DNA from: a virus
Taxonomy: Duplodnaviria > Caudoviricetes
Direction: 5' to 3' (one strand)
IMG/VR virus record: IMGVR_UViG_3300030207_004860
Span: 1 to 54,930 of that record
DNA: 54,930 bases
Every line of letters starts with the position of its first letter. Within the stretch, counting starts at the first letter, position 1. The notes under the pieces were generated by a model. It saw nothing but the letters and a program-made list of their open reading frames with translations. It had not been told where the DNA came from and made no database searches. The translations under genes and the position numbers were made by a program. This document shows positions 30,632-40,972 of the stretch, piece by piece.

Positions 30632-31744
30632 TTATACTACCTCAAAATAATCTTTATTGTCAAAATACTCATATGTACCTTCAGCTCCAACTCTTCCATT
30701 AACCCTTAATACTAGTTTATATAATCTTCCTTTATAAAGAGAATCTGCATATATGTCAAAATACATACCATCATTATCTGCAGATACCCTTGTAAATGTA
30801 TCATCAAAATTAATAAACTCTTCATCTGTTTTTACATCAACAATTGCATAACATGCCCTTCCCTGTGAAAATGTTTTTATTGTATCTGCTACTGAACTAG
30901 TTGCATATGATGCTGTTGGGAATGTTTCTCTTACTACTGGTCTAAATCTTATCCAGGAATTTCTATCATATTTACCTGAATTACCTTTATAATATACTGT
31001 TGCGTGCCCTGTACCTATTGTTGGTTTTGTTGTTGACCAAGTGTAGTCATCTGTTTTATATTCAATTCTTGGTGCATATATTGTATTTGTGTCATCTGAA
31101 AAGAATTTATATTGTGGTAATAATGCTGTACCACCTTCACTTGTAAATTTAATTATTAATCCATGATTATCAAGCAAACTATTACTTACGTTTGTAAGAT
31201 ATTGTGATATATCAACATTCATATCATATTTATCAGACTCATGCCTTCCTTTATCTTCAAAGTCAAATGTTGTACTTCCACTATTTGAACCTGTATACCA
31301 TACTCCTCCACCATCACCTACCGATAGTGAACTTGAAGCTTGTCCAAGTGATGGGTCTGGTGTTGACCACGGCTGGTTAGTAAATCTTTCATTCCATGTT
31401 GTACCAAGAACATCTGATATTACAGGATTATCAAAATACCTACCTGTACCTTGTACAAAATTATTTCTTAGTGGATGTATTGAAATTGCATTAGCACTAG
31501 TTACATCTTTAACCTGGCTTCCTTCTACATTTGCAGCAAATAGCCTTAAGCTTGCGGTAGCAAATGAATATTTACTATCCTCTGCCCAATGTGGTCTAAT
31601 TAATATTCTACTAACTTCATTTGTGCTTTTACCCCAATCAGTTGAACTCCTTATTGCAAGTTCAAGTACCTCATCTGCACCTGCATTTAGGTCTTTGTTC
31701 CATTCATATATTGTAGTTGCATCTGTTCCAAATATTCTAATCAT
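30632..31744 (-). CDS. Virion protein, DNRLRE/disaggregatase-repeat-like
   Basis: DATTIYE..N.G.DE.LE, SRILI, A.LRLF and NHGLIIK pattern. Confidence 0.6.
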   Translation of the reverse strand: MIRIFGTDATTIYEWNKDLNAGADEVLELAIRSSTDWGKSTNEVSRILIRPHWAEDSKYSFATASLRLFAANVEGSQVKDVTSANAISIHPLRNNFVQGTGRYFDNPVISDVLGTTWNERFTNQPWSTPDPSLGQASSSLSVGDGGGVWYTGSNSGSTTFDFEDKGRHESDKYDMNVDISQYLTNVSNSLLDNHGLIIKFTSEGGTALLPQYKFFSDDTNTIYAPRIEYKTDDYTWSTTKPTIGTGHATVYYKGNSGKYDRNSWIRFRPVVRETFPTASYATSSVADTIKTFSQGRACYAIVDVKTDEEFINFDDTFTRVSADNDGMYFDIYADSLYKGRLYKLVLRVNGRVGAEGTYEYFDNKDYFEVV

Positions 31745-31753
31745 AATACTCTC

Positions 31754-33616
31754 CTAGTAATTAACAACCCTTCCTATAATATCTCTTTCGGGATATTTTA
31801 CTTCAAAGACACTAGGGTCAAGAGAAGGATATATCATATCATTTCTAGTTGCCTCATTCATATCATATTTATTTCCAGAATATCCATCATCTGTTTTATA
31901 TTTATTTTCATATCTTATGTCAATTACAGACTGAACACCTTCTACATTTGCAATATCCAGTATTACATCTTTTTTAATTATTGGTTTTCCAAAATTCATC
32001 TTTGATGTATGGAATGTATTTCTTAATTTATCAATGCAACTTAATAAAACTGCATTTGAATTGTATGAAGGTAAAACAACAATATCGAAAAATATACCGA
32101 AGTTTATTATGTATCCATTTTTAATATTGACAGCATCAGTAAGCATTCTATATTGTGATAAATAATTTTTTAGATTAAGCTTTGTTGCATCGTTTATTGA
32201 TGTTAATTTTGCATTTTCATCCTCTCCTAGTACATATAGATTTACAGCAAGTGGGTTTTTTATTTCATCACTTGATTGTGCATTTAACTGTTGGTCTTGT
32301 ATTACAAATGCCTTTGATATATGACCAAACCTTTGTGGCATAGATAAAGACCTAAGTATATAATCATCCTTTGTTACAATTCTTTTTTGTGCAGAAAAAT
32401 ATGCCATTGAATTCCTTTTAACATCATCCAATGATTCTGGCCCTGAGCCTCCAGTTGCAGGTTCATCATTTATTATTGCTACTGAGTCTTCAACTATATC
32501 TACAACTGCTGAATCCAAGCCTTGTGTGTCAAGTTGCGTTGTTGCAGTTATATTTGTTATCTCTTTTGATGCGACATTACTTGCAACACCTGAACCAACT
32601 CTGTATGTAACTGTTAATGTTGTATTAGCAGGTGCTAACCCATATGTCCTTGAATATAAAAAGTTTGATGGGTCAAAACCTTTATCTATTTTTGCCTTTT
32701 CGCCTGGCAATGCAGTTCCTAGATTTGTTGGATTTGGAATTATTTTTTCATCTTTATATGATGAAACACCTGAACCAAAGTGTATTTTTATTTCATTACC
32801 TTCTGTCACAGTTGTCTTAAATCTTCTAGGCGTTGTAAGCATACTTAATATTTTTGGTGTTTGATGCTTATATTCAGAAAGTTGTGGGTCAAATGTCCAT
32901 TGATTAACATCCTCCTTAAATACTGTATCCTGTGCAAGATTATCAACCTCATACCATGTATTTCCATCTGCATCAACTATACTATCTATTCCAATAACAT
33001 TTGTATCATTTAATACCAATGATTCATTTGGCTTTGCCGAACCGAATGTAAATGATTGAGTTTTTGTGTCGCCATGTTCACAATCAACGTGCTTTTTTAG
33101 TAAATAATATTCAGGTTGTCCTGTTGTTTGGTTAATCTGATATACACTAACTGTTGTTGGATTTGCAGAACTTGATGCGGCAAAGTCAACCTGGTTTAAT
33201 GTTGTAAAACTTACACCTCCTGTAGTTGAACAAGGGGCACCAGCATTAACTATTAATGCATATGAATAGTCTGGTCTAGAATCTGCACCAGTATTTATTG
33301 AAGGTACAAGCTGGTAAATTGACAGCCTTGCAGTTGATGGTGTTGTTACTCTAGGTTTATATCCAAATGTTTGTGCAATTGCATATACATTTTTTAATTC
33401 TTGAGCTCTATCAAGAAGTGTTTCTTTCATGGAATGGTCTGTATAAAGTGATAGAACATCACCAACATATGCTGCCATTTCTATAAACATCATTCCAGGT
33501 GATGCCTCACTAAAATCATTATATGTATTTGGATAATATGTTTTTGCAAACTCTATTAAATTTGCTCTATATGAGTCAAAATCCTTTGATAAATAGTTTA
33601 TTGTTTTACTGGCCAT
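31754..33616 (-). CDS. Baseplate wedge subunit (T4 gp6 / baseplate J-like)
   Basis: DFDS.R..LI, YVGDVLSLY.D, FGYKP, I.FG.G and ATGGSGPES...Q.R.VT..DY. Confidence 0.92.
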   Translation of the reverse strand: MASKTINYLSKDFDSYRANLIEFAKTYYPNTYNDFSEASPGMMFIEMAAYVGDVLSLYTDHSMKETLLDRAQELKNVYAIAQTFGYKPRVTTPSTARLSIYQLVPSINTGADSRPDYSYALIVNAGAPCSTTGGVSFTTLNQVDFAASSSANPTTVSVYQINQTTGQPEYYLLKKHVDCEHGDTKTQSFTFGSAKPNESLVLNDTNVIGIDSIVDADGNTWYEVDNLAQDTVFKEDVNQWTFDPQLSEYKHQTPKILSMLTTPRRFKTTVTEGNEIKIHFGSGVSSYKDEKIIPNPTNLGTALPGEKAKIDKGFDPSNFLYSRTYGLAPANTTLTVTYRVGSGVASNVASKEITNITATTQLDTQGLDSAVVDIVEDSVAIINDEPATGGSGPESLDDVKRNSMAYFSAQKRIVTKDDYILRSLSMPQRFGHISKAFVIQDQQLNAQSSDEIKNPLAVNLYVLGEDENAKLTSINDATKLNLKNYLSQYRMLTDAVNIKNGYIINFGIFFDIVVLPSYNSNAVLLSCIDKLRNTFHTSKMNFGKPIIKKDVILDIANVEGVQSVIDIRYENKYKTDDGYSGNKYDMNEATRNDMIYPSLDPSVFEVKYPERDIIGRVVNY

Positions 33617-34176
33617 TATGCTACTCCGGTTGTTATTTCTAATACTTCATTTATATTATATTGTTCAACAGAAAAACCTAGCATTATATGTATTCTTTGT
33701 TCCTTTTGTGTTACAATCATATCCTCTATTTTGACCAATGGCATATATCTTTGAAATGCATCCTCAATACTTTCCCTTACATCTTCTTCAATGTTAGGGG
33801 TATTTTGTTCAAATAAAAGATTTCTAATATTTGTTCCAAAGTCTGGATTCATTATTCTTTCGCCCCTTGTAGTTAATATTAGATTTCTAACATTACTAAT
33901 AACCTGGTCTTTTGTTAGATATGAAAGGCTGAAAAGTGTTGAGCCTGCCGTTCCTGGCTTTGTTCCTGCAGACAATCCAGTTGCACTTGTATTGTCCTTT
34001 GAATATCCAGAATCACTTGTTGTTTGACCTCCAAATGGTAACGTAATACCTATTGCTCTTGCTTCATCAAGGTCTATTGGGTTTATAACCTTCGAGTCAA
34101 TATATTCTCTAGGTTTACCATAATTAGCCTTTACTGATGTAGCACCTGTATAAGTATTTTGTTCTATTCTTGCCAT
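33616..34176 (-). CDS. Baseplate wedge subunit, gp25/GPW family
   Basis: NLILTTRGERIMNPDFGTNIRNLLFE. Confidence 0.92.
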   Translation of the reverse strand: MARIEQNTYTGATSVKANYGKPREYIDSKVINPIDLDEARAIGITLPFGGQTTSDSGYSKDNTSATGLSAGTKPGTAGSTLFSLSYLTKDQVISNVRNLILTTRGERIMNPDFGTNIRNLLFEQNTPNIEEDVRESIEDAFQRYMPLVKIEDMIVTQKEQRIHIMLGFSVEQYNINEVLEITTGVA

Positions 34177-34580
34177 TATTTTTTCTTAAATCTTTTTACT
34201 AACTCTGTATAGTCTCTTGTTAATGCCTTTTCTACTGATTTGTCTATTGGTTTATGAGCTAAATCCTGTGGTACCATAGTTTCTACGGATGGTGTTCCAC
34301 CTTGCATTTGCATAAACTGGCTTCTTGCATCTGCAGAATTAAATGTTTTCATTGTTCTAAAACCATCATCATTTGCAGTTGCATTTAATGCTTCATTTAG
34401 TGAAGCATTTTTTGTATAACTTATTTCATCATGCTCATTAAACTTTTCAATCATTTGATTTTGAGCCTGCTGTGCATTTCTTTTTTTCTTATCACCAAAT
34501 ATCTCAGTAAGAGTTTTTTCAACCTCTTGCTGAACTATTTCTCTGATTATTTTTGATAACTTTTGTTTAGCGTTAGCCAT
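34176..34580 (-). CDS. Hypothetical late protein
   Basis: KLSKIIREIVQQEV..TLTE leader, with an SD and a late motif upstream. Confidence 0.75.
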   Translation of the reverse strand: MANAKQKLSKIIREIVQQEVEKTLTEIFGDKKKRNAQQAQNQMIEKFNEHDEISYTKNASLNEALNATANDDGFRTMKTFNSADARSQFMQMQGGTPSVETMVPQDLAHKPIDKSVEKALTRDYTELVKRFKKK

Positions 34581-34598
34581 AAATTACTCCTATTTATT

Positions 34599-34606
34599 AT
34601 AAATAT
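34599..34606 (-). promoter_or_regulatory. Putative late promoter ATATTTAT
   Basis: Upstream of the SD and ATG 34580, at the head of the baseplate operon. Confidence 0.7.
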
Positions 34607-34622
34607 TAGCTACTATTTATTT

Positions 34623-35642
34623 TTATGCCTTTAGCTTTTTAATAAATGTACCTATTTTTGCAACCAAACCTGCGTTACTTGCTGGGCCTGTAGGTCCAAC
34701 TCCTGTTGTATATGTTGCGCTACCTTTTGTTAATTGGTCTAATTCTTTTTGTATATTTTCAATTACATCCATTAGCTCATCAAAATCAACTACCCACTTT
34801 TTTGTTGATATACACAATTTATCTGCAGAATTTAATATTATATTTTCCTTTTTTGAACTTAATATTAGCCTATTTGACCTCATTATAATCTGCCCATCTG
34901 CATATTCATTTACCTTTGTATAATCCTTATGTATTTTTGACTCTAATTTAAGAGTTGCTATAGGTGTTTCAGAAGCAAGATATATTGAACAATCATCCTC
35001 AATAATATCCTCATTACCTAAACCTTCCTCCTCGTCATCATTACATGTTATCATCATTACAGGCTTATTTTCAGACTTACCTCCAAATAACTTACCTAAA
35101 AAGCTTTCCTCGGATGTGGTTGTTAATCTTATTGTTTGGCCTGCCCTTCCTTCTATAACAACATCGCCTTCAGTGGGGTCCATCTTTTTTGTTTCTCTAG
35201 GTTTTGTAAATAAACCAAAAAAATAGTCTGTTCCCTCTGTTATTATTGATGCACCTTTTGGTGGTATGTTTTCACCTAACCTATTTGCAAAATTTATAAC
35301 GTCACTATAATAGTGTGTTGAACCATCTGTTACACATAAAACCTGCTCACCAGCAATTGGAACAACCTTAAAATAAGGATTAATGGGTCTAGCATTTACA
35401 GGTGTTGTTGAATCAGATTGTATTCCATCAATTCTAACTACTCTTACCTCATCAACTCCTGTAAAATGTTCTGAATCTCTTTTTCTTTCTGCTTGCTGTA
35501 CTGAGCCAATATATACCTCATACTTTTTATTGCCTTTCGATCCAGGGCTTTGTGCTTTTTCATCTGCTCCTGCTCCACCCCTAAAAAATCTACTTAATGA
35601 TGATGGTGCTGATTTATTTATGTTTGTTTTGAATCTGCTCAT
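34623..35642 (-). CDS. Baseplate hub/central spike protein (gp5/gpV-like OB fold plus beta-repeats)
   Basis: ARP..P....VP..GE.V, EGDVVIEGRAGQTIRL and terminal GVGPTGPASN; lies two genes upstream of gp25. Confidence 0.7.
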   Translation of the reverse strand: MSRFKTNINKSAPSSLSRFFRGGAGADEKAQSPGSKGNKKYEVYIGSVQQAERKRDSEHFTGVDEVRVVRIDGIQSDSTTPVNARPINPYFKVVPIAGEQVLCVTDGSTHYYSDVINFANRLGENIPPKGASIITEGTDYFFGLFTKPRETKKMDPTEGDVVIEGRAGQTIRLTTTSEESFLGKLFGGKSENKPVMMITCNDDEEEGLGNEDIIEDDCSIYLASETPIATLKLESKIHKDYTKVNEYADGQIIMRSNRLILSSKKENIILNSADKLCISTKKWVVDFDELMDVIENIQKELDQLTKGSATYTTGVGPTGPASNAGLVAKIGTFIKKLKA

Positions 35643-35982
35643 TTTTCTCACCTTTTGTCATATCATTAACAGCTTCCAATAATTGTTTTTTCTCTTCTTC
35701 TGTTAATAAAGGTGAATCTGAGTTTTTATTTTCTGTTCTTGCCATTGCTCTTTGCACAATAGCAGCCATTTTGACTAAATGCTCATCATTTTTAACAGAT
35801 GCCTCAAGATATTCTTTTATTAATGGTACAATTATTGTAGCATCTCCAGAATTTTTAATTAAAGGCTGTAGGTCTGATATTAGAATTTTTATTTGTCTAT
35901 CCTTTTCTTTGGAATTAACATATATGTCTTCCAATAAACCAGAAAAGGTTTTACCTTTGAATATTTCTTTGCTTCCATCCAT
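35614..35982 (-). CDS. Hypothetical protein
   Basis: ATG at 35982 (MDGSKEIF) lies 4 nt after the late motif. The TTG start in the track lies just upstream of that motif. Confidence 0.75.
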   Translation of the reverse strand: MDGSKEIFKGKTFSGLLEDIYVNSKEKDRQIKILISDLQPLIKNSGDATIIVPLIKEYLEASVKNDEHLVKMAAIVQRAMARTENKNSDSPLLTEEEKKQLLEAVNDMTKGEKNEQIQNKHK

Positions 35983-35986
35983 ATAT

Positions 35987-35994
35987 ATAAATAT
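35987..35994 (-). promoter_or_regulatory. Putative late promoter ATATTTAT (leaderless)
   Basis: 4 nt before ATG 35982. Confidence 0.7.
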
Positions 35995-36002
35995 CAAAGC
36001 TA

Positions 36003-36779
36003 TTAAAAACGACCACCGTTTTTGTATAATGCAAATTTTTCCAAAAACTTCTGTTTAATAACATTTACTACTCTTGTTATATATTGTGTTTTTACATCAG
36101 ACATTTCTCTTATCATAATATAAATTGCCTTTTTATTAAAGTTATCTATATCTTGTCTTCTGTTAAATATTTCTATTATTGACTCTACAATCTTTATGTC
36201 GCGCTCCTTTGAAACTAACTCTGTTTTATTTTTTGACAGCCAAATTGTAAATTGATTCATAAACTCATGTAGCTCTTCTTGTTCCTTCTCTCTTACAACC
36301 TCGTTTGTTATATTCCTTCTTTTATCAATAACATCCAGACTTTTCTTTCTAAGCATATTTTTATAGTTATTATTATTGTGTAATATTAACCAATTTTTTG
36401 CAACAATACTAAAATATGAAAATGCCTTACCTTTATCTTCTGTAAATTTATCTAATTTTTCAAGTAGGTGTACAATTACTTCATGTTGTACTTCTCTTGT
36501 AGGATAATCAAAATAGTAAAACTTAAATCTATGAATTAAATTTTCAGTTAGTTTTTCGAAAGGATATTGTATATGTTCTTTATATACCTTATTTCTAAGC
36601 TCATAACTTTTTTCATTATTATATGCAATAATTGCTGCTTGTGTATCCTCTGTGAAGTATTGCTTTTTTGACCTTGGCCTTCCTCTCTTTCTCTTTTTTG
36701 GACCAGCCTCTGCTTCCAATGCAGCTTGTATTTTTTTTCTTTTTAGGTTTTCGTAAAATTGTTCAACTGGACTTAACAA
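36003..36779 (-). CDS. Phage late-transcription sigma factor (T4 gp55-like)
   Basis: QYFT...I..YN and KFTEDKGKAFSYFSIVAKN match the sigma region-2 'F.YF..I..N' pattern; sits immediately before the late structural block. Confidence 0.7.
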   Translation of the reverse strand: MLSPVEQFYENLKRKKIQAALEAEAGPKKRKRGRPRSKKQYFTEDTQAAIIAYNNEKSYELRNKVYKEHIQYPFEKLTENLIHRFKFYYFDYPTREVQHEVIVHLLEKLDKFTEDKGKAFSYFSIVAKNWLILHNNNNYKNMLRKKSLDVIDKRRNITNEVVREKEQEELHEFMNQFTIWLSKNKTELVSKERDIKIVESIIEIFNRRQDIDNFNKKAIYIMIREMSDVKTQYITRVVNVIKQKFLEKFALYKNGGRF

Positions 36780-36780
36780 A

Positions 36781-37053
36781 TTATACTCCTTGATTAAGAC
36801 TTTCTATTGTGTCTTTTATTTGCTTAAATACCTGACCTACGTCATCATCTGTTTCGAACATCTCTCTTCTATCAAGGTCTTTCATTTTTTCAAAAGCATC
36901 ATTAATATTATTTTTAGAATTAATTATTCTATCCTCAAGCTCTAGTATTGTATCAGTAGATTGTTCATATTTTCTTAGTATATTCCATGTTGTATATCCT
37001 AAAATAAATATTACTATACCTAAAAATATATATACGTATATATGTATATCCAT
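36781..37053 (-). CDS. Small membrane-anchored coiled-coil protein
   Basis: N-terminal TM segment IYVYIFLGIVIFILGY. ATG at 37053. Confidence 0.7.
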   Translation of the reverse strand: MDIHIYVYIFLGIVIFILGYTTWNILRKYEQSTDTILELEDRIINSKNNINDAFEKMKDLDRREMFETDDDVGQVFKQIKDTIESLNQGV

Positions 37054-37054
37054 A

Positions 37055-37759
37055 TTATTTATCTCCAAATAATTCATCAAACAATTTTGATTTATCATTT
37101 TTAGGTTTTACAGCCTTTTTATATTTCCAATTTTCATATTCTATTCTTGATGCCATGTGATCAGCATGGTGCATAACAATTGGAAGGTTTGTTCTTAAAC
37201 TTCTTTCCGGTAGATATGATTTTAGATATGTTGTATTTGCTTCATCATATACACCATCATGTGTTAATATACCAATCATTTCATTTTGTGAAAATTTAAT
37301 TCCAAACTCCTGTAATAGCCAAATACTTCTATGTGGCACAGACATGTGAACTATATCAGGATTATTTGTATAAATTTTACCCTGATTTTTTCTATGCCAT
37401 TCACTAGGATTTGGAATATAATATTCATTGTCAATATCACCTACCTTTCCAAGATCGTGATTAAGTGCAACAAACATTAGCTCTTCATGTGTATAATTAT
37501 CTGTATATGCACCAAATTCTTTCCATACATTATATAATTTATCTGCACATCTCATAACATTTATCACATGGTCAACATATCCTCCTGCCCATGCATTATG
37601 AAAGTGGTCAATACCAGATGCAGGTGCCAACATTATTTGGTCCTCCAATTTTGTATATAACTCTATTAACTTATCTTTTCTTTCACCTGAAAAATTATTA
37701 TTTATTTTTGCAAGTAATGTATCCCAATTTTGTTTTAATTGCTCTGCTGTCAAATCCAT
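37055..37759 (-). CDS. HD-domain phosphohydrolase
   Basis: H...GG..DH, NHDLGK, HDG and HHAD. Confidence 0.88.
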   Translation of the reverse strand: MDLTAEQLKQNWDTLLAKINNNFSGERKDKLIELYTKLEDQIMLAPASGIDHFHNAWAGGYVDHVINVMRCADKLYNVWKEFGAYTDNYTHEELMFVALNHDLGKVGDIDNEYYIPNPSEWHRKNQGKIYTNNPDIVHMSVPHRSIWLLQEFGIKFSQNEMIGILTHDGVYDEANTTYLKSYLPERSLRTNLPIVMHHADHMASRIEYENWKYKKAVKPKNDKSKLFDELFGDK

Positions 37760-37761
37760 AT

Positions 37762-38391
37762 TTACCCTATTAAATCTATAATTCCTAATTCTAATGCTTC
37801 ATCTGCAGAAAGAAATAAATCCTTTCTTGTATTTTCTTTCCACCATGCTTCATCTTTTTTTGTAGACTCAGCCAATAACTTTATACAATCATCTTCCATC
37901 TTTTTATATTGCTTTGCAGATGCTTGTATATCTGAGCTTTTTCCATATTGGCCTATTGATGCTTCGTGTAGCATTATTGTTGTATGTTTACTACAAATTC
38001 TTGAACCAGTTGCAGTTGCCAATATCATTGCAGCGGCACTCATTGCCTGGCCTCTTACTATTACATTTACTTTTACCTTTAATGATTTAATATAATCAAT
38101 AATACCAAACATTTCAAACATGCATCCACCAGATGAATTTATTACCAATGTTATTGGTTCACCCGACTTTTGTTCTGGTCTTTCTCTTAATATTGTTCTA
38201 CATCTTGTAGCAAAATCATAAAATGAAAATTCACCTATTTCACCAATCATATAAATTATTGCATCATTAATATCCATACTATATGATATTTCTGAAAATT
38301 TATCTGTTGTAATGCTTTCTGCAGATATATCTTCTTTTTTTAATTCTGGCTTGTCACCATAGATAGATTTTTTATTTTTCATATCAATCAA
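37762..38391 (-). CDS. clpP: ClpP-family protease subunit
   Basis: INSSGG, AMSAA (catalytic Ser), MLHE (His) and DLFLSADEALELGIID (Asp). Confidence 0.9.
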   Translation of the reverse strand: MIDMKNKKSIYGDKPELKKEDISAESITTDKFSEISYSMDINDAIIYMIGEIGEFSFYDFATRCRTILRERPEQKSGEPITLVINSSGGCMFEMFGIIDYIKSLKVKVNVIVRGQAMSAAAMILATATGSRICSKHTTIMLHEASIGQYGKSSDIQASAKQYKKMEDDCIKLLAESTKKDEAWWKENTRKDLFLSADEALELGIIDLIG

Positions 38392-38605
38392 ATAAAAGTT
38401 TTAATTGTCTTTTGTCAACTTCGTGTTGATTATCCTTAGGTTTTGGAAATGCATTTTCAATACTACCATTTGAATAACCTAAAGCACTAGCCATTCTAAC
38501 GCATATATTTCTAAATTCATATGCAGTTATATCATCCTTAAATTCAAAATTAATTTTTTGTGGTTCCTTTGAATTGTTACTTCTTTGATAGACTAATTTG
38601 TCCAT
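38384..38605 (-). CDS. Hypothetical protein
   Basis: 73-aa ORF with an AGGAG SD, downstream of a promoter-like element. Confidence 0.7.
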   Translation of the reverse strand: MDKLVYQRSNNSKEPQKINFEFKDDITAYEFRNICVRMASALGYSNGSIENAFPKPKDNQHEVDKRQLKLLFD

Positions 38606-38638
38606 GTTTTTCTCCTACTAAGAATTTGTTTATTAGTC

Positions 38639-38673
38639 TTAATATAATAAAAATTTATGAAGATAAAAAATTT
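38639..38673 (-). promoter_or_regulatory. Putative early/middle promoter with Bacteroidota-type geometry
   Basis: AAATTTT-N20-TATATTAA. Confidence 0.6.
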
Positions 38674-39194
38674 CCTTCAATATATTTTTGTATAACCTCT
38701 TGTGATATTTTTCCATTCATTATTCTTGAATAGTATTTTATCTCTCTTAAAACAACCTTTTTATCTTTTTTCCATCTTGTTTTTTCAAGTTGCTTTTTTA
38801 GTTTATGCACCTTTACACTTGCCTTTCTTTTTAGGTCCTCTTTTTGTTTTGACTTTAATCTAAGCCTTTCCTTTTGTTGTGTTGGAGGTAACGTGCCTTT
38901 TAATTCTATTTGTTCTATTCCTTTATGAAATACTCTACCATCTTTATGTACAAATTCCTTCATCCATCTCCATCCTCTATGAAAGCCTGATGGTTTATTT
39001 GATTGTATATTTGGTCCTCCAAATTGTGCCTGCATTCCTTCTGATACACAATCGTTACAAACTACCGACTTTGCATCATCACCAACTTGTGTCATCTGGC
39101 CACAAATTCTGCATTCCATATATTTGTACATGGCACCTTTTCTTTGGTTCCACTTTGTTCCTTTTTTATATTCGATGTAATATTCTCTTTCCAT
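38655..39194 (-). CDS. Hypothetical zinc-finger protein with a basic C-terminus
   Basis: CRIC...CNDC and GW.WMKEFV..DG.V. Confidence 0.75.
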   Translation of the reverse strand: MEREYYIEYKKGTKWNQRKGAMYKYMECRICGQMTQVGDDAKSVVCNDCVSEGMQAQFGGPNIQSNKPSGFHRGWRWMKEFVHKDGRVFHKGIEQIELKGTLPPTQQKERLRLKSKQKEDLKRKASVKVHKLKKQLEKTRWKKDKKVVLREIKYYSRIMNGKISQEVIQKYIEGNFLSS

Positions 39195-39203
39195 AATGAC
39201 AGT

Positions 39204-40127
39204 TTATAAATTTTTTTGTGATATATAGCCACCTGCATCCTTAATCTTTTTTGTTAATTCAGCTCTTTCCTCCATTAAATTTTTCAGTGTTTTTTCACCA
39301 TATACATTATCGTTCTTATTTTTATCTAACTCTCTAGATATTTGTTCTTGAGGCATCTCTTTTACTTTAGGCTTTATTTGTGCAAATGCCATATTTGCTG
39401 CAATAACTAATGCTATTGCCAGCGGGTCAAATACAAATATAATTAATAACATAAACCAATTAACAATCTGTTCCATAGGTTTACCGGTAAGTTCTGCCAT
39501 ATATTTTAGTGGTCCTAATTCTCTTGCTGATTCATTACCTATTTGCATTTCTAATATTTTAACATCATATAATGCTATTGAATCTGTTGTAGCTGATAGA
39601 TTAGTTTTTGCCTCAAGCAATTCATCTTGTTTTATTTTTCTTACCCTTGATGATGTTGTTGTAACTAGTTGACCAGATTCTTTGTCAACATATTGTATCA
39701 TTGTAGGATTAGCTAATGCTGTTGTTAGTTCACTTACCCTTAATTTATAATCATCCTTTGATTCAATAAACCTTGCCCTTTTTGCATCTAATATCTGTAC
39801 CTGCTTGTCTAAAAATTGTGATTGTGTATTTGTTTCCTGGAATGCACCAGATAAAAATCCATATATACCACCTGATGTTATAACTATTAATATAAATACT
39901 GCAGATATAAGATATAACTTTAATAGTCTATTAATTACTTCCCAATATTGATATAACAAAGAAGCAGCAATTAATTTTGCTGCCTCAAGTGCACTTGCCA
40001 TTATAATGACTTCAGTACTAGCACCTGCAAATAATTTACTTAGTCCAAATACTGAGTAAAATGCTGCAGATATAGATACTGAGAGTGCTGATATAAGTAT
40101 TAAAAAGGGAAGTAGTCTTTTTTCCAT
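39204..40127 (-). CDS. Multi-pass membrane protein with a coiled coil
   Basis: Three N-terminal hydrophobic helices, a coiled coil and a further TM segment (IIFVFDPLAIAL). Confidence 0.8.
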   Translation of the reverse strand: MEKRLLPFLILISALSVSISAAFYSVFGLSKLFAGASTEVIIMASALEAAKLIAASLLYQYWEVINRLLKLYLISAVFILIVITSGGIYGFLSGAFQETNTQSQFLDKQVQILDAKRARFIESKDDYKLRVSELTTALANPTMIQYVDKESGQLVTTTSSRVRKIKQDELLEAKTNLSATTDSIALYDVKILEMQIGNESARELGPLKYMAELTGKPMEQIVNWFMLLIIFVFDPLAIALVIAANMAFAQIKPKVKEMPQEQISRELDKNKNDNVYGEKTLKNLMEERAELTKKIKDAGGYISQKNL

Positions 40128-40331
40128 TTATCTTTCTAATCCTACAAAATATCTTATTCTTTCATTTATATCATGTATCTTATTAAGTTCTGTTCTAATA
40201 TCACTAATGTGAATTTTATCTGCTGCAGACCTTAACATCATATCCTCAACAATTTTTACTTGCATTTCTAAATTTTTTTGAAGTTGCGTAACCTCATCTT
40301 TATATTTCATTGCTGTCCAAACTTGTGCCAT
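40128..40331 (-). CDS. Hypothetical protein
   Basis: 67-aa ORF abutting its neighbours. Confidence 0.7.
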   Translation of the reverse strand: MAQVWTAMKYKDEVTQLQKNLEMQVKIVEDMMLRSAADKIHISDIRTELNKIHDINERIRYFVGLER

Positions 40332-40333
40332 AA

Positions 40334-40972
40334 CTATTTTTCTCCTATTCTATCATACATTATTGTATGTATCTTTTTTTGATTGTAGGGATTTTTAACA
40401 ATTCTATATCTTATGTTTTCTATTCCCTCCTTAATTAACTTTGCCTTTATTTTTTCAATACTTGTTAAATTATATGAACTTAAAACTATTGTATCTGTTT
40501 TTTCAAGTTTAGATACTTTAACAGAATTAAATATATCATTATCAGAATATTTATAGTATATTGTATTAACTATATTATATATATTATCATTTTTAGTTTC
40601 TGATTTGTCTATTGGTTTTGTAATTTTTTCCAATGACTTTAGGAACTCAGACTTTTCGGAATTATTCATTGCAAGTAGTCCTGTAATAAATTCATCTAAT
40701 ATATCTTCAAACTTTTGTTCTGTTAAATATTCCTGGTACGAAGATGACATACCTCTTGTATTAAATGTACCTGGATAATTTTCAAATTCAGTAGGATTAG
40801 TATATGTTGTATCCCAGTTATCCCAACCTGAATATTTCTTTTTTGAATTTGAAAAATCAAACTGTATAATGAAGTTTGTAATTGCTTTTCTTAGTTTAGT
40901 GTCACTAATTACACCTAGATTCCTAATTATATCATTAGGTGCTACAAGAAATAATTTAGCCTTTTTGGTCAT
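40334..40972 (-). CDS. Hypothetical protein
   Basis: 212-aa ORF with a 4-nt overlap with the upstream gene. Confidence 0.7.
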   Translation of the reverse strand: MTKKAKLFLVAPNDIIRNLGVISDTKLRKAITNFIIQFDFSNSKKKYSGWDNWDTTYTNPTEFENYPGTFNTRGMSSSYQEYLTEQKFEDILDEFITGLLAMNNSEKSEFLKSLEKITKPIDKSETKNDNIYNIVNTIYYKYSDNDIFNSVKVSKLEKTDTIVLSSYNLTSIEKIKAKLIKEGIENIRYRIVKNPYNQKKIHTIMYDRIGEK

